A stretch of DNA of 62,877 bases, the filler included, from Octopus bimaculoides (taxonomy: Eukaryota), in the NCBI RefSeq assembly GCF_001194135.2. It is 4 parts of 3 records of this genome, joined end to end, with 100 filler letters (N's around TTAATTAATTAA, not from the genome) between each part and the next. Parts side by side here need not be neighbours in the genome. Positions count along the whole stretch, not along the records: positions 24,858 to 55,970 come from NC_069001.1; 3 more parts are not named here. One strand, given 5' to 3'. Below, in pieces: positions 35,430-47,682 of the stretch. The notes under the pieces are model-generated. The model searched no databases, was not told the DNA's origin, and was given only the letters and a program-made list of their open reading frames with translations. The translations under genes were made by a program, and so were the position numbers. Position 1 is the first letter of the stretch, and each line of letters begins with the position of its first letter.

Positions 35430-36617
35430 CTCTCAAATTTACTAGTTTGAACGAGATAAATAAAGGATAAAGTAATGAATGAAAAAATAAACAATACTAG
35501 ACTCTATCAGGGGGAGGTGGCCGTTTGGTACACTATTGTGTTAAAAAGCAGAGAGGAATTATGCACTACAGTAAGATTTAGGAAATGTTATTCCGTTATG
35601 GATAGATCTAAGTTTTACATTCGAATTTACAAGTCATTTTCCGCAATAGAAAAGCAAAAGTGGAAATGAATGAATGAATGAAAATGTATTCAGACTTATA
35701 AACTACAACTGAACGGAGGTAACTGTATATTACATTCCCATTGTGGGGTATAGAGAGATATTTAGACACTTAAAATAAGGTTGAGGTTATTTTCATTTAT
35801 AGATAGAAACTGAAAGTATTCAAGATGAAATAGAATGCTTTTTTTTTCAAAGGCACGACTTGTGAAGAAGAGACAGACAGGTTAGTGAAGAAGATAACTA
35901 GAACAGACTCCTTAATGCTAAAATTCTGATACACTGATGCTAAAATTCTTTTGAGTAATACGGTATTTTCTGCAAGTAAGATTTTGCTTACGATATTATA
36001 GACGGTATCATCAGTTTGCATCTAAGGCTAGCAGGAAAAGTGACATTAATATAAAAGTGCAATAGGAAGGAGAAGCTCGTTAAAGGAATTATAGTATATC
36101 TTATGATTTCATATGCCGAAGTGTAATATCAAAGGCGATATTCATTCGATCTGATAATGAGGATAGGCACAGATGTGTGATTACAAGATTTGCTTCGTAA
36201 CATGTTAGCTTCAGAATGAATTCTATAGTGCTAAAACTTGATCAAATCTATTTTAATTAAGATTCTGAGAAACCAAATACTGGGTTTAACTAAAATATTA
36301 TGCTGAAAATTGGTAAGAACAGTGTTTAGCTTGAAATAATTTACAGGCGTTTACTTCCTTTTTTTTTTTTATGTAAAACGGTTTAACACTTAAAAAACGT
36401 AGTCCTCGCTACAGTTGAAAAATAACAGTAGTTTCGATTAAAGATATTGTTTTTATCTAAAACTATCCTACTTCCTGAGTTGTGTAATAAAAAAAAATTC
36501 AAGTTAGTAGCATGAGAATATCTCACTTTGATTGCAAGTAGGTCAAAATATTTATCAACAATTTTTAGGGGTCGTTGATCAGCCACTGGACATCTGATAA
36601 AACAAAATGTGTTAATA

Positions 36618-36880
36618 CAGTTCTATATTTAAGAGATAAGGAATTATGTACATTATTTACATTTGACGCATATTTGTCCTCATCTTGTTTGTTGTTAACA
36701 CAACGTTTCGGTTGATATACTCTCCAGCCTTCATTAGGTGCCTTGGGTAAATTTCGAACTTGGGTTCTCATTCCTAAGGTATTTTCTTATGTTGTTGTTG
36801 TTGTTGTTATTCAGGTCACAGCGTGGAATCGAATTCGGACGCTTGGAGTTAGTAGTCCGCAATCTTACCAATACGCCCAC
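36618..36880 (-). mobile_element. Full-length stand-alone family E unit (tRNA-like head, (AAC)n, hammerhead, tail)
   Basis: Minus: GGGCGTATTGGTAAGATTGCGGACTACTAACTCCAAGCGTCCGAATTCGATTCCACGC-TGTGACCTGAAT-(AAC)n-AAAATACCTTAGGAATGAGAACCC..GCAC CTAATGA A GGCTG..CAACC GAA ACGT T GTGTT..tail. Confidence 0.85.
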
Positions 36881-36885
36881 AGATT

Positions 36886-36952
36886 TTATGGCGCAGTGGT
36901 TAAGAGGCAGTGACCTGAATAATTATAACAACAACAACAATAATAATAATAA
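36886..36952 (+). mobile_element. Inverted, internally deleted family E head
   Basis: ATGGCGCAGTGGTTAAGA (perfect A box) fused to GGCAGTGACCTGAAT(AAC/AAT)n, head-to-head with 36618-36880. Confidence 0.75.
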
Positions 36953-37085
36953 CACAGCGGTTTGACAAAAGATTTCGATAGAATAAGTATTTGGCTTACA
37001 AAGTATAAGTCAAGGGCTCGATTTGCTCGACTAACGGTGACGCTCGGCATGGCCACAGTTACATGACTGAAACAAGTAAAACAGT
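36953..37085 (+). mobile_element. SINE family A, 3' fragment
   Basis: AGCGGTTTGACAAAAG..CGATAGAATAAGTA..GGCTTACAAAG..GCATGGCCACAGTTACATGACTGAAACAAGTAAAA. Confidence 0.85.
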
Positions 37086-37471
37086 ATATATATATACNNN
37101 NNNNNNNGTGTGTGTGTGTGAATGAATGTATATACATATATATACTTTTAGATATAGATATATACACACATGTGCAAACAGACGTGCAAAATCATATACA
37201 TACTTACAAAAACGCGCTCACACACACACACATATATGTGTAAATGCATGCATATCTATACCAGTGTGCGCACGTATTACCATTTTTCTGCCTTTATGAA
37301 ATCCAAATATCATTTTCAAATTCGATTATAATCTTAGAGAAAAGAAATGTAATATATAAATGGGGTTAGAAGGATTCAAACATATCCACAGATCTTATCG
37401 CGTTGGAGATTAATAACAGGAAAGTATTAAACAAACATAATACTTAGAGGCGGATTTTGTTTTCTCTCTGG

Positions 37472-37517
<46 letters not shown>

Positions 37518-38190
37518 CATACGCAAACTTAGGCTCATATGTAAGAGCTTTTAAAATAGGTCAATGTGATTAGCTCAAACAGACCTATTTGTGAAATGGA
37601 GGTTACTGTGAAAGTCATCCATTGTTATCAGTTAAAGGTTGTCTCTGCCATAAATATATCGCTAGATTGCCATGCCTAGATGAAAACATAAAATTTTGTA
37701 CAACAGGAAGACACAAAAATGTTGGGTCGTGTCCAAGTTAAAAGTATTATTTTGAAATATGACAGGATAAATTAAAGTTACAACGGCGCTGATGTTTGAA
37801 TTAGTAGAATGCCATGAAAATGTTAAAACGGCTTCTTGTCATTCATTTGCCATTTCCATTTGGGTTCTTAATCCCGTAATTCATCGTCGGGTCATTCAAA
37901 ATTAAAATACCAAAAATAGCCACACAAATACGCACGCAGTTTGAAGCTTCGTGAGATAAATGAAAACGACTTCGAAATATTTGATGTGGTATGGTCTGAA
38001 TTCTTTTAGAAATTATATCTTTACCACATTTAAAATTACATCGAATATTATATATGTATATATATGTGTATGTGGTAGATTTAGAACACACATACATAAT
38101 TTTAACTATCCAGATTTTGAGTCAACTTCCAATATATGTACACATATCTCATTGAGATGATTTTTCACGTTAATGAGGTCATAATATATA

Positions 38191-38595
38191 CTTTACTCTT
38201 TTACTTGTTTCAGTCATTTGACTCTGGCCATGCTGGAGCACCGCCTTTTAGTCGAACAAATCGACCCCAGGAGTTATTCTTTTGTAAGCCAGCACTCATT
38301 ATATCGGTTCTTTTGCCGAACTGTTAAGTTACAGGGCCGTAAACACACCAGCATCGGTTGTCAAGCGATTCTGGGGGGACAAACACAAACACACAAACAT
38401 ATACACACACATAGATAAATATATATAGATATATACGACGGGCTTCTTTCAGTTTCCGTCTACCAAATCCACTCACAAGACTTTGGTCGGCTCCAGGCTA
38501 TCGTAGAAGACGCTTGCCGAAGCTGCCACGCAGTGGGACTGAACCTGGAACCATGTGGTTCGTAAGCAAGCTATTTACCACATAGTCACTCCTAC
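38191..38595 (-). mobile_element. SINE family A, full length (about 400 bp)
   Basis: Complete head, (TA/CA) microsatellite and 3' half in one piece. Confidence 0.92.
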
Positions 38596-38636
38596 TTAAA
38601 TTTCATCAGTCATTCATTAATAAATAAACATAATTA

Positions 38637-38690
38637 CTCCAGCATGGCCACAGTCAAATGACTGAACCAAGTAAAAGAATAAAAGAATAT
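38637..38690 (+). mobile_element. SINE family A tail fragment
   Basis: CTCCAGCATGGCCACAGTCAAATGACTGAACCAAGTAAAAGAATAAAAGAAT. Confidence 0.85.
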
Positions 38691-38889
38691 ATTTCAATAA
38701 TGTATTAAATTATTTTTCTTGAAAAAAGACAAATAATGGAATTATAATCTAAACAGTTCTCATGAGTTATTGCTAAACTAGCCACCAACGCAAAATGTAT
38801 TGTCTCCGTTAATCTTAGAAATCCGGAAGCTTGTAATCAATATTAATTTCGTTTGTCCGACGAATTTGTTCGACACATTTATAAAATAA

Positions 38890-39035
38890 AATAGCGGTTG
38901 GGCAGAGAAAACTGCCATAATAAGTACCAGTCCAAAAACTAATACGTATTTGGATTGATTCATTTCGATTAAACCATTAACGACCTTACTTCATCAATGC
39001 TGCAGCTGGCCGACTGAAAGAATTAAGAAATAAAA
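38890..39035 (+). mobile_element. Degenerate SINE A 3' half
   Basis: TAGCGGTTGGGCAGAG..ATAATAAGTACCAG..GATTCATTTCGATTAAA..GCTGGCCGACTGAAA. Confidence 0.5.
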
Positions 39036-41337
39036 TATAGTAATATCACAAGATAACGGTCTGAGAGGTATTAGAGAAGGCACAAGACTTGCGTAGGGCG
39101 CTTCTCGACGTCATTTTACTGATATTTTATTGTTTTCCGCATCGGACTTTATAGAAAGCAATGTTGTTCTCAGCAGCGTTTGAAATTAGAACGTAAACAA
39201 AAGAAACAAATTCCGCATCGGTAAACAGTCGACAATCTTACTAATTTCTCAATCCGTCGCAACCGTAGGGCAAGTGTTATTGATCTCATACCTATGATAA
39301 GCTGGATGGTGTTGGTGAACTTCCATAGATATTGTGACTATAATTTTATTAAGCTTTTAACATTTCATTATGCTTATCAAAATAATGAAATAAATTCTGG
39401 TTTATCAAAATTAAATTATATTACTGAAATAAATTCAATTAAATTGATTTTTTATTTGTATATTTGCAATAATCATATATTATCANNNNNNNNNNNNNNN
39501 NNNNNNNNNNNNNNNNNNNNNNNNNNNNNNNNNNNNNNNNNNNNNNNNNNNNNNNNNNNNNNNNNNNNNNNNNNNNNNNNNNNNNTAAGCAACTAAAAGC
39601 CCGGGCGTGTAGAAACATATTTAATACATTAATACAATTAGAAAGAAATAGTTTAAAGGAAACACACCCTATGAAAGTCATCCAATGAAGAAGTTAGTGT
39701 ATCGAGATCTCATAAATCCAGAAGTAGTCACATCAATACAATAGTGGTCATAATACACATAAACAAAACACTTCAATTTTTCCCAAAGTTTCGGTTTTTA
39801 CGTCCAATTTTACACCTATTTACTCATAAAATACCATTTATTTTGTTAAGGTATATTTTGCTAGTGATCTCAATTCTGATTTATAATGCTAAATACATAT
39901 GAACTTCAAGATGTAAATTCGTTATTCGATGGAAAATGATAAATTAAGGGCATTGTTCTCTTTGTGCTTGATTTGTTGGTTATGGAAACGATATTACGAC
40001 TATTTTAAATGTTGTTCGTAGTAGTCGTGTACGATTGGAATGATAACGCACAAGGAAAGGTATATTTACAGGGAGACTCTGTTGACACTCTGTTTGGACA
40101 CAGTTGGAATTTTTTACTGTTCTTAATGCAAAATTTGACGAAACGCAATGTTTCCCATTCACAATTCCTCTTCATATTTTTACTTTATCGATGAAATTCG
40201 GGAAGATGATATAATTCGTTCTATTCTTATTGCAAAAAAAGGGCATAGATACTTCAGCTTCTACTATGTATGAAGGATGTCATGCTACGTGTTGCAGAAA
40301 ATTTTCACTTTGTATTGTAACCAGATACGTACATTTTGGCTTAAATTTCCGTTTTAACACTTTTTAGATTTCTACTCTTTCGAATTTTATTCTATAGATT
40401 AACGTAAAGAAATTTGTCTTATTTCAGCTTAAACTGGTTTGAGTTTACGGGGCACTTTAACAGAGATTTGGGAAAAAAGTTTATATTTTGCCATTGGGAA
40501 AACTTAGCATTAATAGTTTCAAGGATACATATACCCCAGGTGGTTTAAGCCCTATAAGAGATACCATTCTTTTAATGTTCTTTGATTGTTATGTGCTTTT
40601 CTTCATTTATTATTCTATATTTATTTTCGGAAATAGCTTCACTTATTCCGCCTTTTATATCACCGTTCATTCATCGAAACCGCATATAACAGTCCTGGTT
40701 TCTAAGCTTTTATTTGCATCACTGTTCACTGCATTGAAATTTGCACATTATCCACCATTAATTTCGAGCATTATCTAACAGCATTTCTATTTAAATCCAT
40801 TCTAATATTACACTTTCATTAAACCTCCGGCTATTCGACACTAAATCCATAATCTTCTCACAGAACAAGTATAAATTATATATATATATATATATATATN
40901 NNNNNNNNNNNNNNNNNNNNNNNNNNNNNNNNNNNNNNNNNNNNNNNNNNNNNNNNNNNNNNNNNNNNNNNNNNNNNNNNNNNNNNNNNNNNNNNNNNNN
41001 NNNNNNNNNNNNNNNNNNNNNNNNNNNNNNNNNNNNNNNNNNNNNNNNNNNNNNNNNNNNNNNNNNNNNNNNNNNNNNNNNNNNNNNNNNNNNNNNNNNN
41101 NNNNNNNNNNNNNNNNNNNNNNNNNNNNNNNNNNNNNNNNNNNNNNNNNNNNNNNNNNNNNNNNNNNNNNNNNNNNNNNNNNNNNNNNNNNNNNNNNNNN
41201 NNNNNNNNNNNNNNNNNNNNNNNNNNNNNNNNNNNNNNNNNNNNNNNNNNNNNNNNNNNNNNNNNNNNNNNNNNNNNNNNNNNNNNNNNNNNNNNNNNNN
41301 NNNNNNNNNNNNNNNNNNNNNNNNNNNNNNNNNNNNN

Positions 41338-41390
<53 letters not shown>

Positions 41391-41801
41391 GAGAGAGATT
41401 ACAGATAAATACTCGCATGACTGAACATGAATTGGTTGGAAAGAGCAGAAATGGTAAATGTCAACTATCGGTACACTGTTTAAATGAACTCTTGAGGCAA
41501 AGCAACCTGGTTTAATAGATTAAGGTTTAATGCAGTTTTAGAGTTGAAAACGGTTCGTCTGTTTTCAGAAGATTTAGGTTAATTTCAGACAGTCTAGCCT
41601 TTGAACTCCAATATCACTGAACGTATGAATGATTTCTCCTAGGACATTCATTCTTCTCGGAAAATATTATATTAACTAACTTGTGAAATTACTTAATATA
41701 TTTCTCACAAAGACACACGTAAACATGTGTGCTCGTATGAGTTAGTGATAGTGAAGCGTGAAGCTGCATATATAAAACCATACACACATCTAACTATTTG
41801 T

Positions 41802-41833
<32 letters not shown>

Positions 41834-42100
41834 GTGTGTGTGTACGTACATACATACATGCATACATGATCAGTATTTAATCAATTATTTATTTACGTAC
41901 ACACAGACGTCAATTCATGATACTCAATTCAATTGATACAAAAATCTATAATATTAGATCTAATTTGTGTATGAATGTCTTTCTCTGGTCGTTTCGCTTC
42001 ACTCTATTTTCTTACTTACAATGCTAAATCTAATTCCACAACAATGTATGCTACATAAGTACATCCTTTATGGACTCATGCCAACAACTATAATGACACC

Positions 42101-42148
<48 letters not shown>

Positions 42149-43312
42149 NNNNNNNNNNNNNNNNNNNNNNNNNNNNNNNNNNNNNNNNNNNNNNNNNNNN
42201 NNNNNNNNNNNNNNNNNNNNNNNNNNNNNNNNNNNNNNNNNNNNNNNNNNNNNNNTATATATACTCTTAAATATACATTATTGAATACAATGCAATTCCG
42301 TGATATGTAACTATATGGTTGTTCTGGACGATTTTTTATTTTTGTTTAACAAGGTAATATTTAAATTAGGTTGCTTATTCAATGTTCATTTTATACAGGA
42401 AACAATTATAAAGAATAATTTTCAGAATGTCATTCTAAGTAACTTACACTTTTTTATTTTCTAATGTAAATATGAACTCTTACGCTGTATTCGTCGGGAA
42501 GAGTTATTTTATTTACCTCTAAGCTAAAATGAATAGCTGTAATGTAAATAATCGGTAAACTACACTTCAAAGCTTTTCAATAGCTTAAGAAGTTAGAAGT
42601 TCCTTTTTGGCAAATGTTTTCATTTGAACTAAAAATACCATTTACTTATTCTTACCAATAAAATAACTATATTGATTTTAAAGAATTGGTTATCAATATA
42701 CCTAACCTTTCTTTAGGCAGCAGACATCTTTCACTCTGAAAAATCTCATTTTTTTTTCCTCTTTGTATTCCTGTGAAATAGTGTTTAGTTTGTATATGTT
42801 ACAAGACTTGAAATTAAAATGTCTTGTAATGAAACAATATTTGCTGGTAAGAGGCATATGTTAATCCAGAGCTTCATTATTTGATATATTGCAAATGTTA
42901 TTTATAATATAACATAACTACACAAAGAAGCATTAGACAGGGCGAATCGATATTGGAACCATGAAAGTGAAGAGAGAAAAATCATAGAAGATATATGAAA
43001 GACACGTAATTTTTTTCTTTTTTATCTACACCTCTATCTCTCTTTTCTTCTTTACTCCACTGTTTGAAGAGAGAAACTTGTCTTTAATCTCAATTTTTAA
43101 ATGACTTAGCTAAGATTCAAATCTGGAATTATGTCGTACTGAAGAGTTCAGAACGAAGACGAAATGGTATTATCCACTTCAAGCAGAGAGTTTAATAAAA
43201 ACAAAAAAAAAAACGTTAATATTATACGCTCTTTTTACTCATTGATAATTATTTCTCAACATAAGAAGAAATAAGAAATTTAGCGGCAATAAGCGGCATT
43301 CCTTCCTCTCTC

Positions 43313-43343
<31 letters not shown>

Positions 43344-43363
43344 CTCTCTCTCTNNNNNNNNNN

Positions 43364-43410
<47 letters not shown>

Positions 43411-44246
43411 CTCATAAGTAGCAGTTCCCAGTGAGCCAACCAAGTGTATAGTGTAACTTATTTAGGATTAATGGAATATTCGATGATATTTACTAAATAT
43501 TTATGCAATATTTATATCACAGATACTAAAAAGATAAGGGGTCAACTTTGATCTCCCTACGATTTGTAGTCAGACGATAACGTGATGGAAATTAATAGCA
43601 AAATGCACTTTCCCTTTACTGAATACACATGCCTCAGCCACCACCCTATATTTGGTAGTAAAAATACAAAATTCGTACGTATATGTTGAGTGTAGTAATA
43701 TTTGCAATATAATCTCGACTGTAGCAAATGACACAGAAATACATATCTAGCAATTTCATTTTATTTCCGGTAACTTACAGTATCCAGCATGAAATCCGTA
43801 ATATATCATCGTGGCTGTGGTTGTAATTGAAACACACAAATTAATTTTTAAAAGCAAGAACAGTGTCATATTTATCTGAGAATCTATTGAACATCATTCT
43901 TTTCAGTAACGTTATTTATCTGATGGCTATATAGCAAGCATCTAATAATATATTTATTAAACTTTTCATTTCCGATATTGAATGTTTTAACACATATAGT
44001 CTTAATATCTAATGAAAATCTGTCTATTGCTGAAATTGCGCTTAAATTCACTTTAACGTTGCTAGCAAGTAAATCTAGCATTGTGGATTGTGTGTTTTAA
44101 TACTACAGTTTCCAGATACTAAAAATATATAGGCAGAATTAAACGCGTCTTCTATTATTTGAAATTTCCTGTACATTTACTGTTTCACCAGTGAAACTCT
44201 TATTTAAAATGAGATTCGGCTTACACATTTCACTGCATCCAAGAAC

Positions 44247-44431
44247 TGACACTCCGTCGATTACGACGACGAGGGTTCCAGTTGATCCGATCAAGGGAAC
44301 CGCTTCCTCGTGAAATTACCCAGCAAGTGGTTGAGCACTCCACAGATACATGTACCCTTAACGTACTTCGCAGGTAGATTCAGCGTGACACAGAACGTGA
44401 CAAGGCCTGCACTTTGAATTATATGTGCAAC
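44247..44431 (-). mobile_element. SINE family B, 3' half
   Basis: GACACTCCGTCGATTACGACGACGAGGGTTCCAGTTGATCCGATCAA..GAGCACTCCACAGA..CAGCGTGACACAG. Confidence 0.9.
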
Positions 44432-44737
44432 TTGTCCTTACAATCATTCTTGTCAGCTTCAAGACATCCATGATCAGCACCACGATCATCAATTGATTGA
44501 GAATCCAAAATGGAAATACTAAGAGGAGAAAGGTTGTTCACTCAAGATGCAAAAGAAAGCGTAAACAAAAGAACAACAAAGAAACATTATAATCTTGAAA
44601 TGTGATGTGTGATGTGATATGATTTCCTGTGCGTGGATTTATATTTACATTGCACTGTATATACTTAATAAGCAAAGATATATACAAGGAAATACGTGCT
44701 TTGAATCAATATAGTTTCAACTATAAGTGTGTGTACA

Positions 44738-44790
<53 letters not shown>

Positions 44791-44852
44791 GTGCGCGTGA
44801 TCGGGCGTATAAATATATATTTATATATATTCTTCGAATTTTTTATTCAGTA

Positions 44853-45010
44853 ATTTTGCCTGCAACCATGTTGGAGCACCGTCTATAAAAATCTAGTCGA
44901 TGGAATCGACACTAGAATTTATGCTTTCTAAGCCTACTATTATTCTATCAGTTTCATTTGCCGAACTGCGGTTGTCAAGCAACGGTAGAGGGCCAAATGC
45001 AGACACAAAT
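44853..45010 (-). mobile_element. SINE family A, deleted 3' half
   Basis: CCATGTTGGAGCACC..TAGTCGATGGAATCGAC..AGCCTACTATTATTCTATC..CGGTTGTCAAGC. Confidence 0.7.
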
Positions 45011-45039
45011 GCAGACACTGCAAGATCTTACTTCCAATT

Positions 45040-45280
45040 TTTTAGGCAGTTATTCTCCTAATTTAGCACTAATTTCAACATCATCCACTTTGTGATATAT
45101 CCTGCCATGATCCATCTTGTTAAGGGCCTTTGTAAAATCAAGATATACTACATCAACATTTGAATGGCCGAGGAGCTGCATCAAAAGCAAATCATAGTGC
45201 AGTAAGAATTGGGTGGGGAAGATTCTTTATGCAGAGAAGCCATGCTGAGTATCACTGAACAAGTCACAGAGATGGGTCTG
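45040..45280 (-). mobile_element. CR1-type LINE RT fragment
   Basis: Minus frame LFSDTQHGFSA*RIFPTQFLLHYD..SNVDVVYLDFTKALNKMDHG matches CR1 QHGF..RSC.TQL / DVIYLDF.KAFD.V.H. Confidence 0.85.
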
Positions 45281-45531
45281 TAGATTTAGGAAAACGCTGG
45301 ATATTTGTGTGTGCGCATGTTTGGGTGTCTGTATGTCTATGTTCTATATGTGATGTGAGTGAACATAGGAATGTAAGCGTTCTCATATTTTCAGCTGTTA
45401 AATAAAATCTTTTCGATATAAAAATTTTCATTTTGCATATATTATATTTGAATTTGCCAAGCTTTAATGTATATCGTCAAAGAATATTTTAATTATTTTG
45501 TAGGTTTAACAACATTCTGGCAATAAATTAT

Positions 45532-45574
<43 letters not shown>

Positions 45575-45704
45575 NNNNNNNNNNNNNNNNNNNNNNNNNN
45601 NNNNNNNNNNNNNNNNNNNNNNNNNNNNNNNNNNNNNNNNNNNNNNNNNNNNNNNNNNNNNNNNNNNNNNNNNNNNNNNNNNNNNNNNNNNNNNNNNNTA
45701 TATA

Positions 45705-45740
<36 letters not shown>

Positions 45741-45849
45741 TATTCATGGGCATATATATCTGTAAGATACACATCATGACCAGCTGACATATAGCTGCGG
45801 TAATACGGAGGGTAAATATTGGAAGTAGATATATTGTTACTATTTTCAT

Positions 45850-47313
45850 TAAGTGGATTTGTATTTAACAGCTTATAATTATGCGAAGAAATGATTTCTG
45901 AAAGAGTGTCTGTTAGAAAACCCTATACTGATTCGTTGTGAATTAATAATCGAATAATATTTCGAATTTTGGGGGAAATTCTTTTCTACAGATTCACGAA
46001 ATTGATAAGGGAGGTTCGATTTGATCTACTTACCATATGGAATTATTAACCAAACACCTTTACAAGGACATACCTTGTTATTAGGGTAATTATCATTAAA
46101 TGTCCTCGAGGAACAATTTTAATGAAAAAAAAAAGGTTTTTAACGGTTATCTCCCTTACACTGCAAAACTACAATGCTCGATTTGGTGTTATTCGAAATA
46201 AAATTAATATTGTTAATATTGTTATGACTTGATTTCATGTCCTGATTAATAAAGGTAGAGTAAATGTCAAAAAGGTTAATACAGGCCATTTTTGTCTTTA
46301 TAACCTGCTTTAAGTAAAGCAGAGTTATAAAATTCAGCTTTATCGTTGAAGATATCAACAGTAGCAGATAATCTAGAAAGTGAAATATTCCTAACTAAAT
46401 TCTTTGTAATAGCCTTAGAGTGATTACTGGAAGAGCTGATATATTCTAAATTAGTTGAGGGCTTATGGTATGGGAAATATTAAACATTATGAAAGTTAAG
46501 TGCAATATCCAATAAATTGGCTTTAGTTATATCATCGTCAAAAACAATGCTTAAGCCTTTGTTTCGGAAAAAAATTACCTAAGCTATTTTTAACCCTTTG
46601 TAATTTTTGGTTAGAAGCGTTTTGAAGGTAGAGTAGACAATCAGTACGATATAGAGCTCAATTGATGTTTGGGAATTGGTCAACCATCTAATAAAGGATA
46701 TATATACCGACCAAATCAATGATTTGTACTGAATCAGAATTTGCCATCATAACATCAAAATTGTCAGGTGTATCTTTCCGGAACCACAGCTTGTTATCGA
46801 ATTTAATAATAGATTTTCTGGTGGCTAACACGATATTAATTTCATCCCTGGTGACACCTGCTTTGTTGTAAGTGAGTTGGAGTGCCTTGTTGAGTACGAC
46901 TGGGTTGATAAAGGAATAGAAACTAGAAATGTCAAACTGGATAAACTTAATGCACTTCTTGTTATTAATAGAATTAAACCAGTCGACCACTTTGAACGAA
47001 TTAGACCATAAATTAAGCTTTCATTTTTTAAATAAGGTACGAATGTATTTATCTAGAATATTTTTGCTAAGTACACCGATTTCAATGCTAGAAGAACAAA
47101 TAAAACGTAAAGTTGGGTTATTAAAAAAATGTTGTTTGTGATCTTTTAAAATAAAACGAGGTTGTTTACGATCAAATGATTCTGTCTTCATATGTAAGTC
47201 ATATTTCTCCATAATTTTCTTAGCCTCAAGGTTGGCTGTCTTGATTGCACTTTTACCTACAATTCTTTTGTATTTCTTTTCTAGGCAGTTGTAGGTAATA
47301 GTGCTTGTAAGCT

Positions 47314-47350
<37 letters not shown>

Positions 47351-47560
47351 TATATTTATCTTATGATATTTACTTTACTTTATATTATACTCATTTATTG
47401 TGCTTTTAATTATTAATTTTTCTATATGTGATAGTGGATTTTCATCGATGAGTTCTTGAAAATTGGTTATTTTCCCTAAAACTATATATTTTATATATAC
47501 TTTATCTATAAGGCTCAATTTAATTTTAATTTTTTATAAATTGATTTTAATTGAGTTTTT
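45850..47560 (-). mobile_element. PLE RT fragment of a third lineage (FDVTMGS-type; clade unresolved)
   Basis: Peptides FILKDHKQHFFNNPTLR..EIGVLSKNILD, KFIQFDISSFY, RKSIIKFDNKLW..FDVMMANSDSVQIIDLVGIYIL, LYRTD (YRDD), PYHKP..SNH, IPYGK..NFPQNSKYY, IISSHNYKLL; no endonuclease domain retained. Confidence 0.85.
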
Positions 47561-47602
47561 TACCTGTAATTTTGGATTTTGTCCCTAATATTATTATTAT
47601 AC

Positions 47603-47635
<33 letters not shown>

Positions 47636-47636
47636 C

Positions 47637-47682
<46 letters not shown>

